64,000 bases of DNA from Camelus ferus (GCF_009834535.1 NC_045705.1:19406001-19470000), one strand, 5' to 3'; shown: positions 34,901-48,199, counted from the first letter of the stretch. Program-made: numbers and translations. Notes: generated by a model from the sequence alone, not told the origin.

Positions 34901-36939
34901 GCTTAATCTCCACGATATTTTGCCTCCCACAGACCGCGAGGGTGTAAGAGGGAAATAACGTCTGGGAGAGAAAACACACAGGTGTGCACAGATCACTACT
35001 CCCTCAGCACGAGGTATCTGGTCTTCCTTGGGCTTATCCTGTCTCGTGGCGTCAGCATGGCTCCACGTGGCTGCCCCCCACTTCTCCATCTCTGACCTCG
35101 ACCCTTTCCTGCTCTTAGGCTTAGGGTTGGCTCTTTCTTCAGCCAGCCCACTCTAACTGAGCTTTTCTCCACCAGTGCCAGCCCCTGCCCCCACCAGTCC
35201 GTGGTTCCCCCCGTGCCCCACCTCTCAGTTCTGGAGTCTTGGCATCATGCTTCCCTTTCTTGGCCCTTATTCTTCTCCATTGCCACACTGTTCTTTCTTT
35301 CCTTTGAAATGTCTCCCATTCTGCAGTCGGTTTTCATTTCTAAACAACTCTTTCAGTCAAGGCTTTATTGCCTCATGCCTGGACAATGACAGAAAGTGCC
35401 CCCTACTTTAGTCCACCCCCTTCTTTCAGGCTCCCGCCATTAACAACGATTAATCACACCACTCCATATCACCCATGACGTCACGCTAAGGCTGGGTTCT
35501 GATATTCCTTTATGTTCAGACACACTTTCTGCCCTGGACTTTACCTCTCACCATCTCCTCTCCCACCTCATGCTTGCTCCTACCCCCAAGACCTTGCTCC
35601 TATTTTCTTTTCCTACTTAGATTGCCACTTCTCATGGGTCCCCGACCCTGCTGTCTGAGGAAACTTCTTACTAGTGCCCCCTTTCACACTCAGAAGTGTC
35701 TTGGTTTGTATGATATAAGGTCATACTTTGTAAGGGACATCAAATAACATGACAGATAATGGCTTCCAGGCAGATTCTGCCTTTACAGAGGAAGATGCCA
35801 ACAGGGTCCTCATTTGATCTTTGGAAAGACCAAGGCTTTGGGGATGAATTTGGTCCCTTTGAGAATGAAGACATTCTTCAAGTGACAAATAGTTCCATGC
35901 TTGATCAGAAGCAAGTGAAATCTGGGGAGGCTCCCCGTGTCAAGAAGTTCCTGCAACCATCTGGCTCTTGGTACTTGTATGATGTCAGGGCCCTTGTTTT
36001 CCAAAGACTTTAACAACAGTGAACTCCTTTTGGGCTCATTTGCTCATCCTGGGATTTTGCAAGTGGCTGGTGGGTCAGGTGGAGAGTTTCCATTGGATCT
36101 GTTTGGGGTGCTGGGGAAGCCCCTGTGCTGATGCTTCCTAGATAGATTTGTGGGTTTCTTTCATGGGGCTGAATGAGTTTTCCCCACCCCACCCCACCAT
36201 CCACTAACAAGATTTTTTTTTCTTAGAGAGTAATAAAATCCAGACCACCGTGTGCTATAGTTACAAACCATAAATTTCATGAAAAGTTAAATGCTTCGTT
36301 TCACATTCAGATGGATGGTACCTAAAAATAACAACAAAAAGCTACCTGGCTCAACTCAAGACATTTGTCTAACAGCATCGTCTGGGTTGTAGCACTTCAT
36401 ATAATTCTGGACTGGGCGTGGAAAGACCTGGTTCTCCATGAGGCTGTGCTGCAGTTAGGCACGTGACCTTGGGTAGGTAGGTCCATCCCCATCTCTGAGC
36501 CTTTGTTTCCTCATGTGTCAGCAGAGGACACGGACTCTGTTTCTATAGTCCCCTGCAGCTTCATTGTTACAATTCTCCTGTAGAGCTGAGAGTTGTGCTC
36601 AGCAGTTAGCTCCTGAGCACAGGCACACGCACCGATCTTTCTTAAACACCTGGCATTCTGGCTTGTCAGTACCAGGGGGTCCTCGTAGCTCACGCAGGGC
36701 CAGCCTGAGACCTACGTAGAAGGCAGAGGAAGTTTGACTGCTTCCTTTTTGCCTTCTTCCCACCTTGTCACTGTCCTTTTTCTTGGCTCAGGAGGGCCTT
36801 TCAGCATTGACAAGGTAAGTCAGCATGAGGGTCCTGATGAAGCCCCAGATCTCAAGAGTTCCCACCATTACATCTCTCTGTCCATCCATCAGGGAGAATG
36901 GATATGATACATCCATTACCAAAATGCAATACATTACCT

Positions 36940-37160
36940 TTGGGCATGCTGACCATGTGCCATACTTGGTACTAAGTATTTTGCTGCATTTAATTCTCAT
37001 AACAACTCCATGGGACAGATATGATCATTGTTCCCATTTTGTGAGTGAGAGCCTGGGTCCCTGGGACATGAAGAGACCTGTCAAAGGCCACACAAGTAGG
37101 AGGCAGCAAGGCAGCATTCCAAGCCTGGTCCGTGTGCTCTAAAGCTCACACTCTTAAGTG
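36940..37160 (-). mobile_element. MIR
   Basis: catttaattctcataacaactccatggg...cccattttgtgagtgagagc. Confidence 0.7.
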
Positions 37161-40014
37161 GTGGAAGCTGTTCTATTAGACCGCGGTCCATCTTCAAGGT
37201 GGCAGCCGTTCCTGTGATCCACTAAGCACCAGCGAAATGTAGGGAACACCGTTAGTCTGCCATTTCTTTTAACCTAACGTGACCAACGAGGTGATTCCAA
37301 GCTACACAGAAAAGGAGGGTAAGAAGAGCTGCCCTCCAGGGCTGCACTGTTCGGAGGGCTCTAAGTCCACACCGACTTAAGCTGGGGCACTTGGCCCTGA
37401 GGGAGGCGGGACCAGCCTCTCAGTCCCTCAGAGTGGGCCGGGGCCCAGCGGTGACGATCAGTCTAACACCCTATTTTCTCACGTCAGCTCCCAGATTACT
37501 TCCGTCTGAAAGCCACTGAAGTGGATGCAAAAGCCAACGAGAGCCTGAGGCCTTGGCATCTCTGCCTGCTCGACCTGCAAAGGTCAGTCTTATCTAGAAA
37601 GGAGGCAACTTCCTCAAATGCTCTGGGCTGGGAGACAACTCGCTCCCTCTTCTCCCCTTGGTTTCTCCTCTGTTCCACAGAGCTCCAGTGCCCTGTGCCA
37701 GCGACGTCCTTGAATAAAGAGGGGGTGGGGCCTGGTGGTCTCAGCAATGGTGGGGGCAGGGAGGACAGAGGGCTACGGCTGGTCTGGTCTCTCCCCGCCA
37801 CCTACAGAAGGCTCCTCCTTCACCTGGAAGCCTCAAACCCGAAGTACAAATGAGACCCCCTGGGATCCCAAAATAGCTCCCCTCACAGCTGGCCGCGTCC
37901 ATTTATAGCAGAGCCTCCCTGCAGCCTCAGGCTGCTTCTGAGACGGCACTTCTGAGGTCAGCATTCGCGAGCACCAGGCTCAATGTCATCTGGGAACAGA
38001 AACATTCATAAAGGACCTATTATGGTCTTCCGCTGTTTTTCAGGACTTGCCTCAGCCCTCGGAGACGTTAAAGGGACAAATTTGTTTTGACCCAGAGCCA
38101 GGCCACTTGATGTCCAACAATAACCCAGAGGCTGCTCAGGCCCCTTCCTCTGTGCCCGGCAGGTGAGAATGTTCTGCTTGGTGGCAGCAGGACAAACTGT
38201 ACCCAATTTAGGCCTGGGCCTCAGGCCAAGTAACTCGGACACCCCCAGGGCAGATCCACCGTCAGGCTCTATGTGTATAATGTCCGTTTATTGGCAGTGG
38301 AAAGAGTGGAGGCCTCTACTTGACTTCATCGCCTCATGGCATTCGTACCTACTCCGAATGTCAAATCACAGAGCAAGGGGACACTCCCGACTGTGATGAG
38401 GTGTATGTTCTGCACTTCCTTCTCTATAAACTGACCCCCTTTCTCACCTGCCACTTATTTAGAGACGGACTGAAATCCGCCATCATCAAGTGCGTTTTGC
38501 TTTTTCACTCCGGACTCTGAGTGGAGGGAGCTGTGAGGACAGAAGTGACCCGGTTTGGTCAGCCTCCTTCTGCTCTCTGTGACAGCCACTTGTCTTCATG
38601 AAACACATTTTTTTTATGTTACAGCAAACTCAGGCCTCCTCTGGAGCTTCTCCAGTGCAGTCTTCTGAAGGCGGGGCCTTCCTTTCTAAAATTGCTGAGT
38701 GGGAGCAAGTCTTGGCCGCCCAGCCCTTCTAGAGCGGAGGCCTGGAGGGCACGTATGAGAGCTGGGCCGCTGGCCGGACACGGCGGCCTTGGGAGGGCAG
38801 CAGACACCCTCGCCCAGGGCCCGCAGCCACACTGCTTGGTTCCTGCTGAATTTTCACTGAAGGCCAGGTGTGTGGCTCTCAAGCTACTTTGGTTCCTGAA
38901 TGTCATGGCTTCTGTCTGTGGAGGACAGATGGTGACATGAGATATTCACATATACATTCACTTGGTACATATGTCACTCAGGTTAACCAACCATCCTTAT
39001 TCTTTGGAATCAGAAACAAACCTTACCACACGTGATCTTTGTTGGATCTTATTTTGTAGCCAATGCTTTAAAAACCAATCATATGTTACCAGTTCTCATA
39101 GCTTAACAAAAGGGGCCTCTCCCTCCTCCTCATTCCTCTAGGGACTTCCTTCTCTCAGAGCCCTTTTAACCACCCTTCCCATCATAATTGTCACAGAAAA
39201 CTGGGGTGGGTCAGAGGATGTCGCCTTAAAAAAGAAGTTGAGCACATATTAGTTGTATGTGAAACAGAACTTTATTTTTCTGTAAGAGAATAAAAAAATA
39301 TTTTTGGGGGGTGCTCTGAGCTGTCACCCTGCTAAACAGCAGAATCATAATCTCAGCCAGGTCAGGGCCCTTCCCTTCAAAGCAGGAATTGGGTTTTAGT
39401 CTGGGGGAGGAGGTGGATGCAGTGAAATGGGCGCTTCTGGCCTTCAGTCATCATCTCGCCACCCTTGTCTCATGTGTGACTTGAGGTTTTGGTTTCCTCT
39501 GGGCTTTGAGTGCTGGTTCTTGAGGGGTCACTTCTGCAAATTTCTCATTTGACCTCCTGGTTTTGCTATTTGTCAGTCACCTTCACACCACACGGGGCTA
39601 TGGGGCACTTGGGGACCCATTTGAGGTCCCTTATGTCTTCATGCCACTTTGGGGCTTTCAGGAAATCGCCTCCCCCCGACCCCTCGCTGTCCCCATGGCA
39701 TCCTGTGACCTTGGGAACTCTACAGAGTCAGTCTTAGACTTTTTTGTCTAAACACAACCTGGAGCTGCTCCCAGCACCACCACACCTGCACACAGACACA
39801 GGGCATTTTCCTGGGCTCTGCTCAAGAAGAGGGCACAGCCTCTCCCTGTGCTTATCTCGAAGTTGGCTCCAAGCACAGGGCACTTCCTCCGGGATCTGTT
39901 GGCACCTACACTCACTGTTCCTTCTTCTCTTCCTCTCTTTCTCCTCTAGCTCATGTCATCGTTCACCCAGGGATAAGAAAGCTACTTGATGATGTCCCCC
40001 CTCCCCTTTTAAAG

Positions 40015-41200
40015 AGCCTTATTTCTAGAGCAGTTTTATTTAGATTCACAGCAAAATTGAGCAGAAAGTTCAGAGAATTCCCATATACTCCCGGCCACCA
40101 TACAGGCATGGCCTCGCTCATGATCACNNNNNNNNNNNNNNNNNNNNNNNNNNNNNNNNNNNNNNNNNNNNNNNNNNNNNNNNNNNNNNNNNNNNNNNNN
40201 NNNNNNNNNNNNNNNNNNNNNNNNNNNNNNNNNNNNNNNNNNNNNNNNNNNNNNNNNNNTTTTCGAGTAGGAATAAAGATAAAATACATCATCATGAGTT
40301 CATATTGATGCATCATTTCAAATTCATAACTACAAGGTTGTGATATTATAATTCATAACAAACATATATTTGGTCTTCTTTCTCTTTCTGGCACAGAGTT
40401 CCTAATACCCTTGCAATTTCCAAAGTGATGGGAGTGGTAAATATATCTTTCATTATATTAAGAGGTGAATTTTGAACTGGACCTAAGAATGGGGGCTGGT
40501 GACCAGGGAACCCAATCCTGTGATGCAGTAAAACATCTTCCTCTGAAACTGTGGAAGCCCCCTGCCCCTTCCCACGTGCCTCGCCCTATGCATGTCTTCC
40601 ACCTGGCTGTTCCTGAGCTAATATCCTTTTGTAACAAACAAGTAATCTAGTGAGTAAACCGGTTTCCTGAGTTCTGTGAGCTGTACTAGAAAATTAGTTG
40701 ATCCTAAGGTAGGGGTTCTGGGAGCCTCTTATTTATAGCTGGTCAGTCAGAAGCACAGGCAACAACCTGGACTTGCGATTGGAGAGCAGACTTGTGGAAC
40801 TGAGCCCTCAACCCGTGGAATTCTGATGCTATCTCTGGGTACACGGTGTCAGAACTGAGTTGACTTGTAGTAGGCAGAGTGTCCAAGAATTGCTTCATGG
40901 GGGTAAAAGCCCATGTGGAACTGGGTGCAGAATCTGAAGGGTTTTTACTTATCTGCGTCTGTCCTACATCTATCTCTCCTTTGTGCCAAAAATCCTGGTC
41001 CCCAAAACCCCAACATAATTATTAACTTGTTTCAGTCCACAATGCATCCTCAACAATGTTAGAATACGAACTCTAACACCCATGACATAGTGACAGAAAA
41101 CAGTTGAAGGCGGTTTTTTTCCTTCAGTGCCTTTTGTCTTTGGGTTATACCCACTTAAGGATGTGCAGTGAAATTATTATTGTATTTAAGACCCTACATC
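40015..41200 (-). mobile_element. Old L1 3' region, interrupted by a gap and MER21
   Basis: gattcacagcaaaattgagcagaaagttcagagaattcccatatactcc; resumes gggtttttacttatc after the LTR. Confidence 0.7.
40339..40936 (+). mobile_element. MER21-like LTR nested in L1
   Basis: tgtgatatt...tatatttggtct...ctggcacagagttcctaataccc...gttctgtgagc...gaagcacaggcaacaacctggacttgcgattgg. Confidence 0.85.
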
Positions 41201-42724
41201 AGATTTTTAAAAATTAAGTCTGGGCTTTTGAAACACTAAAGCCAAGAATTAGACTCTTTTGTTCCTCTGTCATGAGCAACATTACCTCGAGGAAATAGAT
41301 ACCACGTGATCTGGCTGCTTACATGGGAGCGGGCTAGAGCAGAACAGAAAGTACCCGGGGAAAACGAATCAGTTAATTTTGCAAAATATTATTAGGTCAC
41401 ATTTATTGCTCAAAACACTCTTTTTTTAAATTGAGACATGATATGAAATCATCTTCATGAACTCATGATTTCCTTAAAATGTGTTAATTAAGATAAGACT
41501 GTGTATTTATTTGCTTATATATGTGTCAGAGTTGCTCTGAAGAAAGACCACAGTACAGGCCACCAGCGGACATTATTGCTAATATTACTTGAGTCAGTAA
41601 TGAGAGACAAGTGGATTTCTTCTCAAGATTTATTTGATTACTGCATTGATGATGGCACAAGTCAAAAGAGATGCATCTCAGCAGTTTCGGAGTGTTGCTT
41701 TTGACTTCCTTCTCTCTTGTTCTCATCTTGTGCCATCAAAATTGAACTAATTCTGAGCCAGACACACAAAGGGAACCCTGGAGGTGACTGATAGGGGAGG
41801 GGCAACAGCACAAAAGTAGGGAGTCGGTGCCTGAATTCTAAGCGATGAAGGTTGAGGAAAAAATTACCCCTCTACTTTGCATTTATAAATTCATGAACAT
41901 CTAGTCCACCACTGGATCTGTAACTGCCATTTGAAAAGCATGTCATTCACTTAAACTGGCTCAAAAATGGCTCCAGCCTGGACACTTAAACCAACTGCCA
42001 GTTGCTGCAGAGAAAATGCTGGAGCAGATGTTTCTTTGGATCTGAGCTGCCTTGGGTTTTCAGATGGATTCATCCTTTCTGAGGGGGCTGTGGAACCTGG
42101 TACCCAGGACTTGGCGATGTCCTTGGGAAGTTCAAGTCATCTCAAAGCAAAGTGCAACTTTCTTGAGTCATCTACTTTTGACTTTTTACATAATCTAACT
42201 CAAATTGATGCCTTTGTTAAGGGTAGGTCAGATTTAACCATTTATTAATCATTAATTATTTTATAATAACTATGTTAGTGCAAATATAATATGTATATCA
42301 ACATAGGCATGTTAATTATATTAATATATGTTACTTATAATTTTCTATCTAGTCACTAACCATGGCTCATTCACTTTTTTAGATGAATCATCCAAAGAGC
42401 CATCTAAGGCATTGCTGAGTTCTCTGATAGGTTGTACTAGTTTAAGATCTGATTTGTCCAAAGTTTGCTCAGAAAAATTCTAGCATAAGTCTTGTGTGTG
42501 TTTTAAATTTTACAGAGTGAATCATAGCTGTTATTTGTTCTAAGCAAATATCCAATCAGGGCCTGATCTATTGATTTTGCAGGGAAAATTGAATGATGAA
42601 GCACTCGGCTTAAAAAAATATGTTACCAACAAATGAACAACAAAAAACTTCTTACTCCCTGAATCTTACACACAGAATGAAATAAGATTCAGAGATGTTC
42701 CTATCACTTTATTAAAATAATAAT

Positions 42725-42900
42725 GTAGTTGATTATTGGCTGTGTGCCAGGCAGTGTGCTAAGGGCCTTACATACATGTCTTGTTTATTCCCTTCTCAGA
42801 AACTCTGTGGGGTGACACTGTTATGCCCATTTTCCAGATGAGGAAACTGAGGATTAGAGAAGGTAAGTAACTCAAAGTCATACAGCTAGTAAGTGACCCA
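42725..42900 (-). mobile_element. MIR
   Basis: gtgccaggcagtgtgctaagg...cccattttccagatgaggaaactgagg. Confidence 0.8.
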
Positions 42901-42904
42901 GTCC

Positions 42905-43290
42905 ATCACCTAGCCAACAAATACTTATTAAACGTTTACTCTATGCCAGGCATACACCTAGAAGCTGAGATTATTAGCAATGAACAAACCACAAAAATGC
43001 CTGCCCTCATAAAGCTTATGTTTGAGTGGGGAGTGGAGAAACAGGCAATCACAAACAAATAACATATAATAAATATGTGAAAATAATAATGAACAAAAAT
43101 ATATAATAAATGAGAAAAGAGGTATCAGGACTCTGGGGTCGGGGGTAGTTTTTTCGCTTAAATACCATAGTCACGTGGCTTTACTGCAAAGGTGACATCT
43201 GAGCAAGCACCTGAAAGAGGTGAGGGGGTGAATGAGGTGGAAATATGGGAAGATGGAACAGAGTCAGAAATCTGACCCGCAGGTCTCTCT
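42905..43290 (-). mobile_element. L2 3' end
   Basis: ccaacaaatacttattaaacg...ctgccctcataaagctta...aaaggtgacatctgagc. Confidence 0.75.
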
Positions 43291-43361
43291 AGCCTAAGCT
43301 CACGCATGCTTACAATCACTCTGCTACAGGACGGTGCCATAAGCACGGGATGGTTCATAAC

Positions 43362-43537
43362 CCAGTGCTGCTCACATCTGAGCACAAAGAATTGTGGGGA
43401 GGTCTTGATACAAGTGAGGTTCCTGGGCCCGCGTCCAGAGATTCTGAGGCACTAGGTGCCCCATAGGGTCTGAAACTTACGTTTCTAACAAGCATCCAGA
43501 CAGTGCGGGGTTGGGGACCACTCTTTAAGGAGCACTA
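43362..43537. mobile_element. MER5-like hAT-Charlie
   Basis: cagtgctgctcaca...ggttcctgggccc...agattctg...tttctaacaagc...ggagcact. Confidence 0.75.
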
Positions 43538-44809
43538 CTAAAGAACCTTACTTAGCACAATGGGGCATAAAGAGCAGAGACAGTCCAGTGAGCTCCCAGG
43601 AGAGCTGACAGATGCGGCTACGTAACATTTATTTCCAACATCTCTACCTCCACCTCATCCAGCTCCCTGTAGAAGGGCCAACTGTTCTCTACACCCACAC
43701 AAGCACATATGCTGGGTCAACTCCCTAACAAATGTAACCTCAGTTATCACTTATGTTCACTGAGAAGCCAGGACCCTGAGGCAGAAATCCTGGCCGAGCT
43801 CACAGCTGCTGTGAATCTCGGGCAAGTCTCTTAACTTCTCTGGTCCTATTTCTTTATCTGTAAAAATGACCAGATGGGGCTTTAATGATTCCAAAGGTCT
43901 CCTCTGGCAATAAAATTCTGTGGCTCATGTTTATGCTAAGTCTCCAGGGTTAGGAGTGGTTATGAAAAAAGGAAAATTTCCCGGTATAATGTGAGGCTAC
44001 CATGACCCACAGGTTGTAGTTTTAAATTTGAGGATAACATATATAGGTTTTTGTTTGTTTGTTTGTTTTATTTTGTTTTGTTTTTTTACAAAATTTGGTG
44101 AGAAAGCAAGGCATTTGTAATTTGTAATTATTCAGTGAAAAGGGCTGAATACCTCCCCTAGCAAAGCATCAGCCGTATTCTGTAAGGTAGGGAAGTGGCT
44201 ACAGGGAAGAAGGCGAGGAAAGAGAATTGGAGGAAGCACACACAGATTACAAATGGCACGTCAGAATGTCAGGAACGGGGCACCTGCCATCTTCACCCTC
44301 TCACTTGGGACCAGGACCCCATGATCTGGGGGTTGGATGAGATGCTTTTCCTTTTCCCTATTGCCTTGGCTTCCAGATTCAGAGGAAAATAATTTTTCTG
44401 GTCTCACTCTGGTGGTTAACTGTCTGTGCCCCTCTCAGCCAGAATTTTCAGCTCAAATAAAAGATGTATAGGCCAGATTTGTCCATAAACGGCAGGCGGT
44501 GATGGAAGACCCCATGGTCTGGGAGAGGGAATGCTGAACCAGAACAAACCAAACTCACTCCTGTCTGAGTTCTGCCTGAAGGATTGTGGCCTCAGCAAGG
44601 TTTTCAACAGGTTCTTCATTTGTAAAATGGGCAAAATTTGCCATGGTTTACAACCTCCTCGATGCAAGAGAACCAACAACTGAGCAAGCAACCGAAAGAC
44701 CAAGGCACCGCTAATGCTGGGGGTACGAAACACACAAGTATCAAAATAGAGATAATGTCAAACTGAGTACTGCAGGCTGCTAGGACCTCAGTCACCTTCC
44801 CCAACATTA

Positions 44810-45030
44810 ACCATAACCAATTCATTGAGCGCTTAGTCTTTGCCAGGGGCTGTGCAAAGCTCTTTATTCCAGAATCTCTTTGGATCCTATGATTACCTTA
44901 TGAGGTAGGTCCATTTATCATGTCCATTTTTCAGATGTGGGCACTGAAGCTCAGAAAAGTTAAATTGCTTTGTCTCCAGGTGATACAGCTACTAGGTGGC
45001 CAGGCTGGGATGTGAACTGGGAACTATCTG
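44810..45030 (-). mobile_element. MIR
   Basis: ccttatgaggtaggtcc...ccatttttcagatgtgggcactgaagctcaga. Confidence 0.75.
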
Positions 45031-46651
45031 CCTCCGCAGTTTCTGTGATCCACACCGTGCGCTGCTACCTAGCCTCCACGCATTCAGCTGTGCGTTTCCT
45101 GTAACGGCAAAGCCGGCCTCACAGATCTGTAAACAGATGCTCCTGTCTCGGAGCTGCTCGCGGATAAGAAAACTGACACTGCTGCACAATTTGGCTTACA
45201 CTTCAGTCCTTCTGTGTGGGCTATACCTTCATTTGATCCCTCTCTTATCCTGGCTTTTTGATTTGGTTTCCCTCCTCTCTCAGGAATGTTACAGCCTGCC
45301 CTCCTCAGACTCCCGCAATACTGACTCAACACAGAGCCTTCTGGTCTCTTCCCAAGGGGTAATTAGGTTGCAGTCTAACTTGTACCACAAAATTACTCCT
45401 CACCACATCCCCTTCCCTGAAGGAAAGAGGGAGGGTTATTACCCAGGTGTTTCTTGACTTTGAAAAGAAGAAAGAGGAAAATACACACTGAGCCTCAAGA
45501 CTCTCAAGCCAATTGCTAAGGTCACTTCTTCCCAACCTCAGCTTCAAACAGCCTGGGGAGCGCTGCGTGCCTGCTGCCCGGGAAAGGACAATCCGATTGT
45601 AAATATTATCTGTGCTTCTAAGAACATTCGAGTGGTAATACTCAAGCAATTACTTTCCTTTCAAGATCATTAAACACAAATCAGACTTGTATTTTAATAG
45701 GGCTGCCAATGTCGTTAATGGTGGGGAGGATGGCAGAAAGGGTAAGTTTTTTCCTCTAATGGCTGAATGTTTACATTATTACCCTTTCTGAGAAGCTTCG
45801 CTGGGGGAGGTTGCTCAGTGTTTTGGAGACATTTTTCTGCTTTCTAACTCCTTGGAATCCCACCCTTCTTTTGCCAAGTGTACCTTCAGAGCCTTTAGGA
45901 GTAGTGGTTGTGATGTGGCCCATGACAGCTCCCTCCATGCCCCCTACCACCATTGCCCACAGTCTTCCTCATCTAACTCCTCCCCATAAACACCACGGTG
46001 CCAGGGAAGGAACTGGACTCTGGAAAGAATGAACAGTGTTTTTTACATGGGAAGCTCCCCGCTCATGATGTGAGCAGCTCTCTTGGTTCCCCTCTGTCTT
46101 CCTCCTGTTTTAGGGAGCAGAGATGCTAAGAAAAGTGCCAGAGAAACCTGTCCAGAAGGCCTGTTCCCACCTCTTTCCCCCAAATCTCTAGTCTTCTAGG
46201 GGCACCTGGAGTGGCACCCAAGCCACAGAGAGACAAGCCGCTGCCCAGGTAGAAGGGCACTGCACACTGGGCCCTGGAGTCTGTGAAGGGTCTCCTGGAA
46301 GGCACACTTGCCAGAGGTGCTGACCCCAGGGCAGGTGGACCATTCCTTAATCTGGCCCGCTTGTGCCAGTGCAGGGCCCTCTGCTGGTGGACCACACAGC
46401 GTGGCCCACGGTGCCTTCCCTGGCTTCCTGTGAAAATGACCTGAGTGGTTGCCAAGAGAGTGAGGTCTCAGATTCACCCAGATCCACGAATTGTCCCCAA
46501 ACATTTCTCCCATCTTGCAGCTGGGGTCTGAGAGTCCTTTGCCAGGATCTGAAGGCTTTCACTGTTCATTAAGAAAGCAGCAGTTGTGAATGTTGGGTGG
46601 ACCAGAGGGGGCAGTGGGGGCTGTGTTTTCCATTTCACTTGTGGTTTAGTT

Positions 46652-46758
46652 TTTTCCCCTTAAAAATTTTCTTTATTGAGGAATAATTGACAAATACAAC
46701 TATATATATTTAAAGTGTACAACGTGGTGATCTGATATCCATACACATTGCAGAATGA
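46652..46758 (-). mobile_element. Short L1 3' end with TSD
   Basis: tttattgaggaataattgacaaa...aagtgtacaacgtggtgatc; TSD ttgtggtttagtt(46639-46651)/ttgtggttttgtt(46759-46771). Confidence 0.8.
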
Positions 46759-46829
46759 TTGTGGTTTTGTTCTGAACTGTATTTCTAGAACACAGATGCT
46801 GAGGTAAGCTTAGGTTATGCATCTGGAGT

Positions 46830-47060
46830 GAGCAAAGTCTTCAGGGGCACAGGCTTGGGAGCAGATTGACCCAGTTTTCATTGTCTCAGTTGTTTTTAAC
46901 TGTGTGGCTGCAGGCAGTTTGTTTAAACTCTATGTTTTGATTTCTTCACCTGTAAAATGGAGGTGGGGGGGTGCCCCAGACGCCAATAATATTTATTTCA
47001 CAGGGTTTTTATAAGGATTGGATGTGTGAAGCGTAATCTGCTTCATGATGGGTGCTTAAG
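46830..47060 (+). mobile_element. MIR
   Basis: gatttcttcacctgtaaaatggagg...cacagggtttttataaggatt. Confidence 0.65.
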
Positions 47061-48199
47061 GAATCAGTTGCCTTTGCCAGCAAAAGACATTTCAAATAGT
47101 AAGTGTAAAGATACTACCAAGTAAGTGGTCCAGTTATTTCTAGGGTTGATGTGACTGTCAGTGTCATTCTTAACACCACCTTTTGATGGAAGAAGGGAGA
47201 CCAAGAAACAAGCCCTGCTGAGTTCACAGTTCTGTGGAAAGCCTGCTGCTTCTCCATTTGGTCCAGGTACGTGCAAGAGTGAAGAAGAAAATCCTTCCAA
47301 GCAGCCATTCTTCGAGGAGACAGAGATTCATTTCACTTTTTTTTTTCTTCTTGCAGGTCCTGTCCAGGTAATTCCTCAAGAATCGTCATATTTGTATCTA
47401 TTCAGTACACTGTTCTAGAAATGGCACTCAGAATATACCTTGTATTCATTGATCAAGGAACAAAATGGCAGCCAACATGGCTTCCCAATGGGCACAGAGT
47501 GATAGGAAGTTTGTCCAGGGTCCCAACGAGGTCCATGGTTCCAGGGCCATCTTTTGTGTTCAGATCAACTAATAACAGACACAGCCGTGCCCATGGATTT
47601 CCTCAATGTGCCCTTTAGCTTCTCCCGCTCTGCACGGGTCCATTTACCTGTCTGAGGTCATTATTTTGGATAAGGACAGGATCAAACTTGGGGGTCAGTC
47701 CCTTCAGTGCCTAGCCTACTGCTTTATTCAAAGTCTTGGCACTCTGGGAATTGGAATCTCAATATTCTGACCTACGTGACCTCCATTTTTGATCCCGGAG
47801 AACAGAAGTACCTGAAAAGTGTCATTTTGAAGAATATTCTTTTGAGGCTTTTACCTTAAACTTTCCTCACTAATCAAGTTAATAATGAAATGATACTCTC
47901 AACAACAGCTATTGCTACTAAGCCCCCGTCGGGATAAAAGCAGATCAGTGGTAAGAGTTTTTAATGCACTCTGATTTTAAGCTTATAGAACGGGTGACTG
48001 ATACATTCCCAGAGCTTAATCATGTGAGGGCTTGGTGGCGGTAGCGCTGATCTTTTGTGTGCACTCACTAGTTTTCATCATCCAAAGGAGGCAAGCCTGC
48101 CAGATACAAGCCAAGGCTGGCTGACTGCTGTCAGGGAGCTGGTAGAGAGGGTTATTTTAAAAGTTTAATAACATCCTTTCCCCTACTAAAATAGTATCT

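Noticed and set aside
35759-36131. ORFs with protein-like composition (…GDEFGPFENEDILQ…)
   Set aside because: No recognised family, no convincing splice sites or retrocopy hallmarks (poly-A, TSD). A tBLASTn could overturn this.
42241-42350. Very AT-rich low-complexity stretch
   Set aside because: No periodicity or structure; an S/MAR function cannot be supported from sequence.
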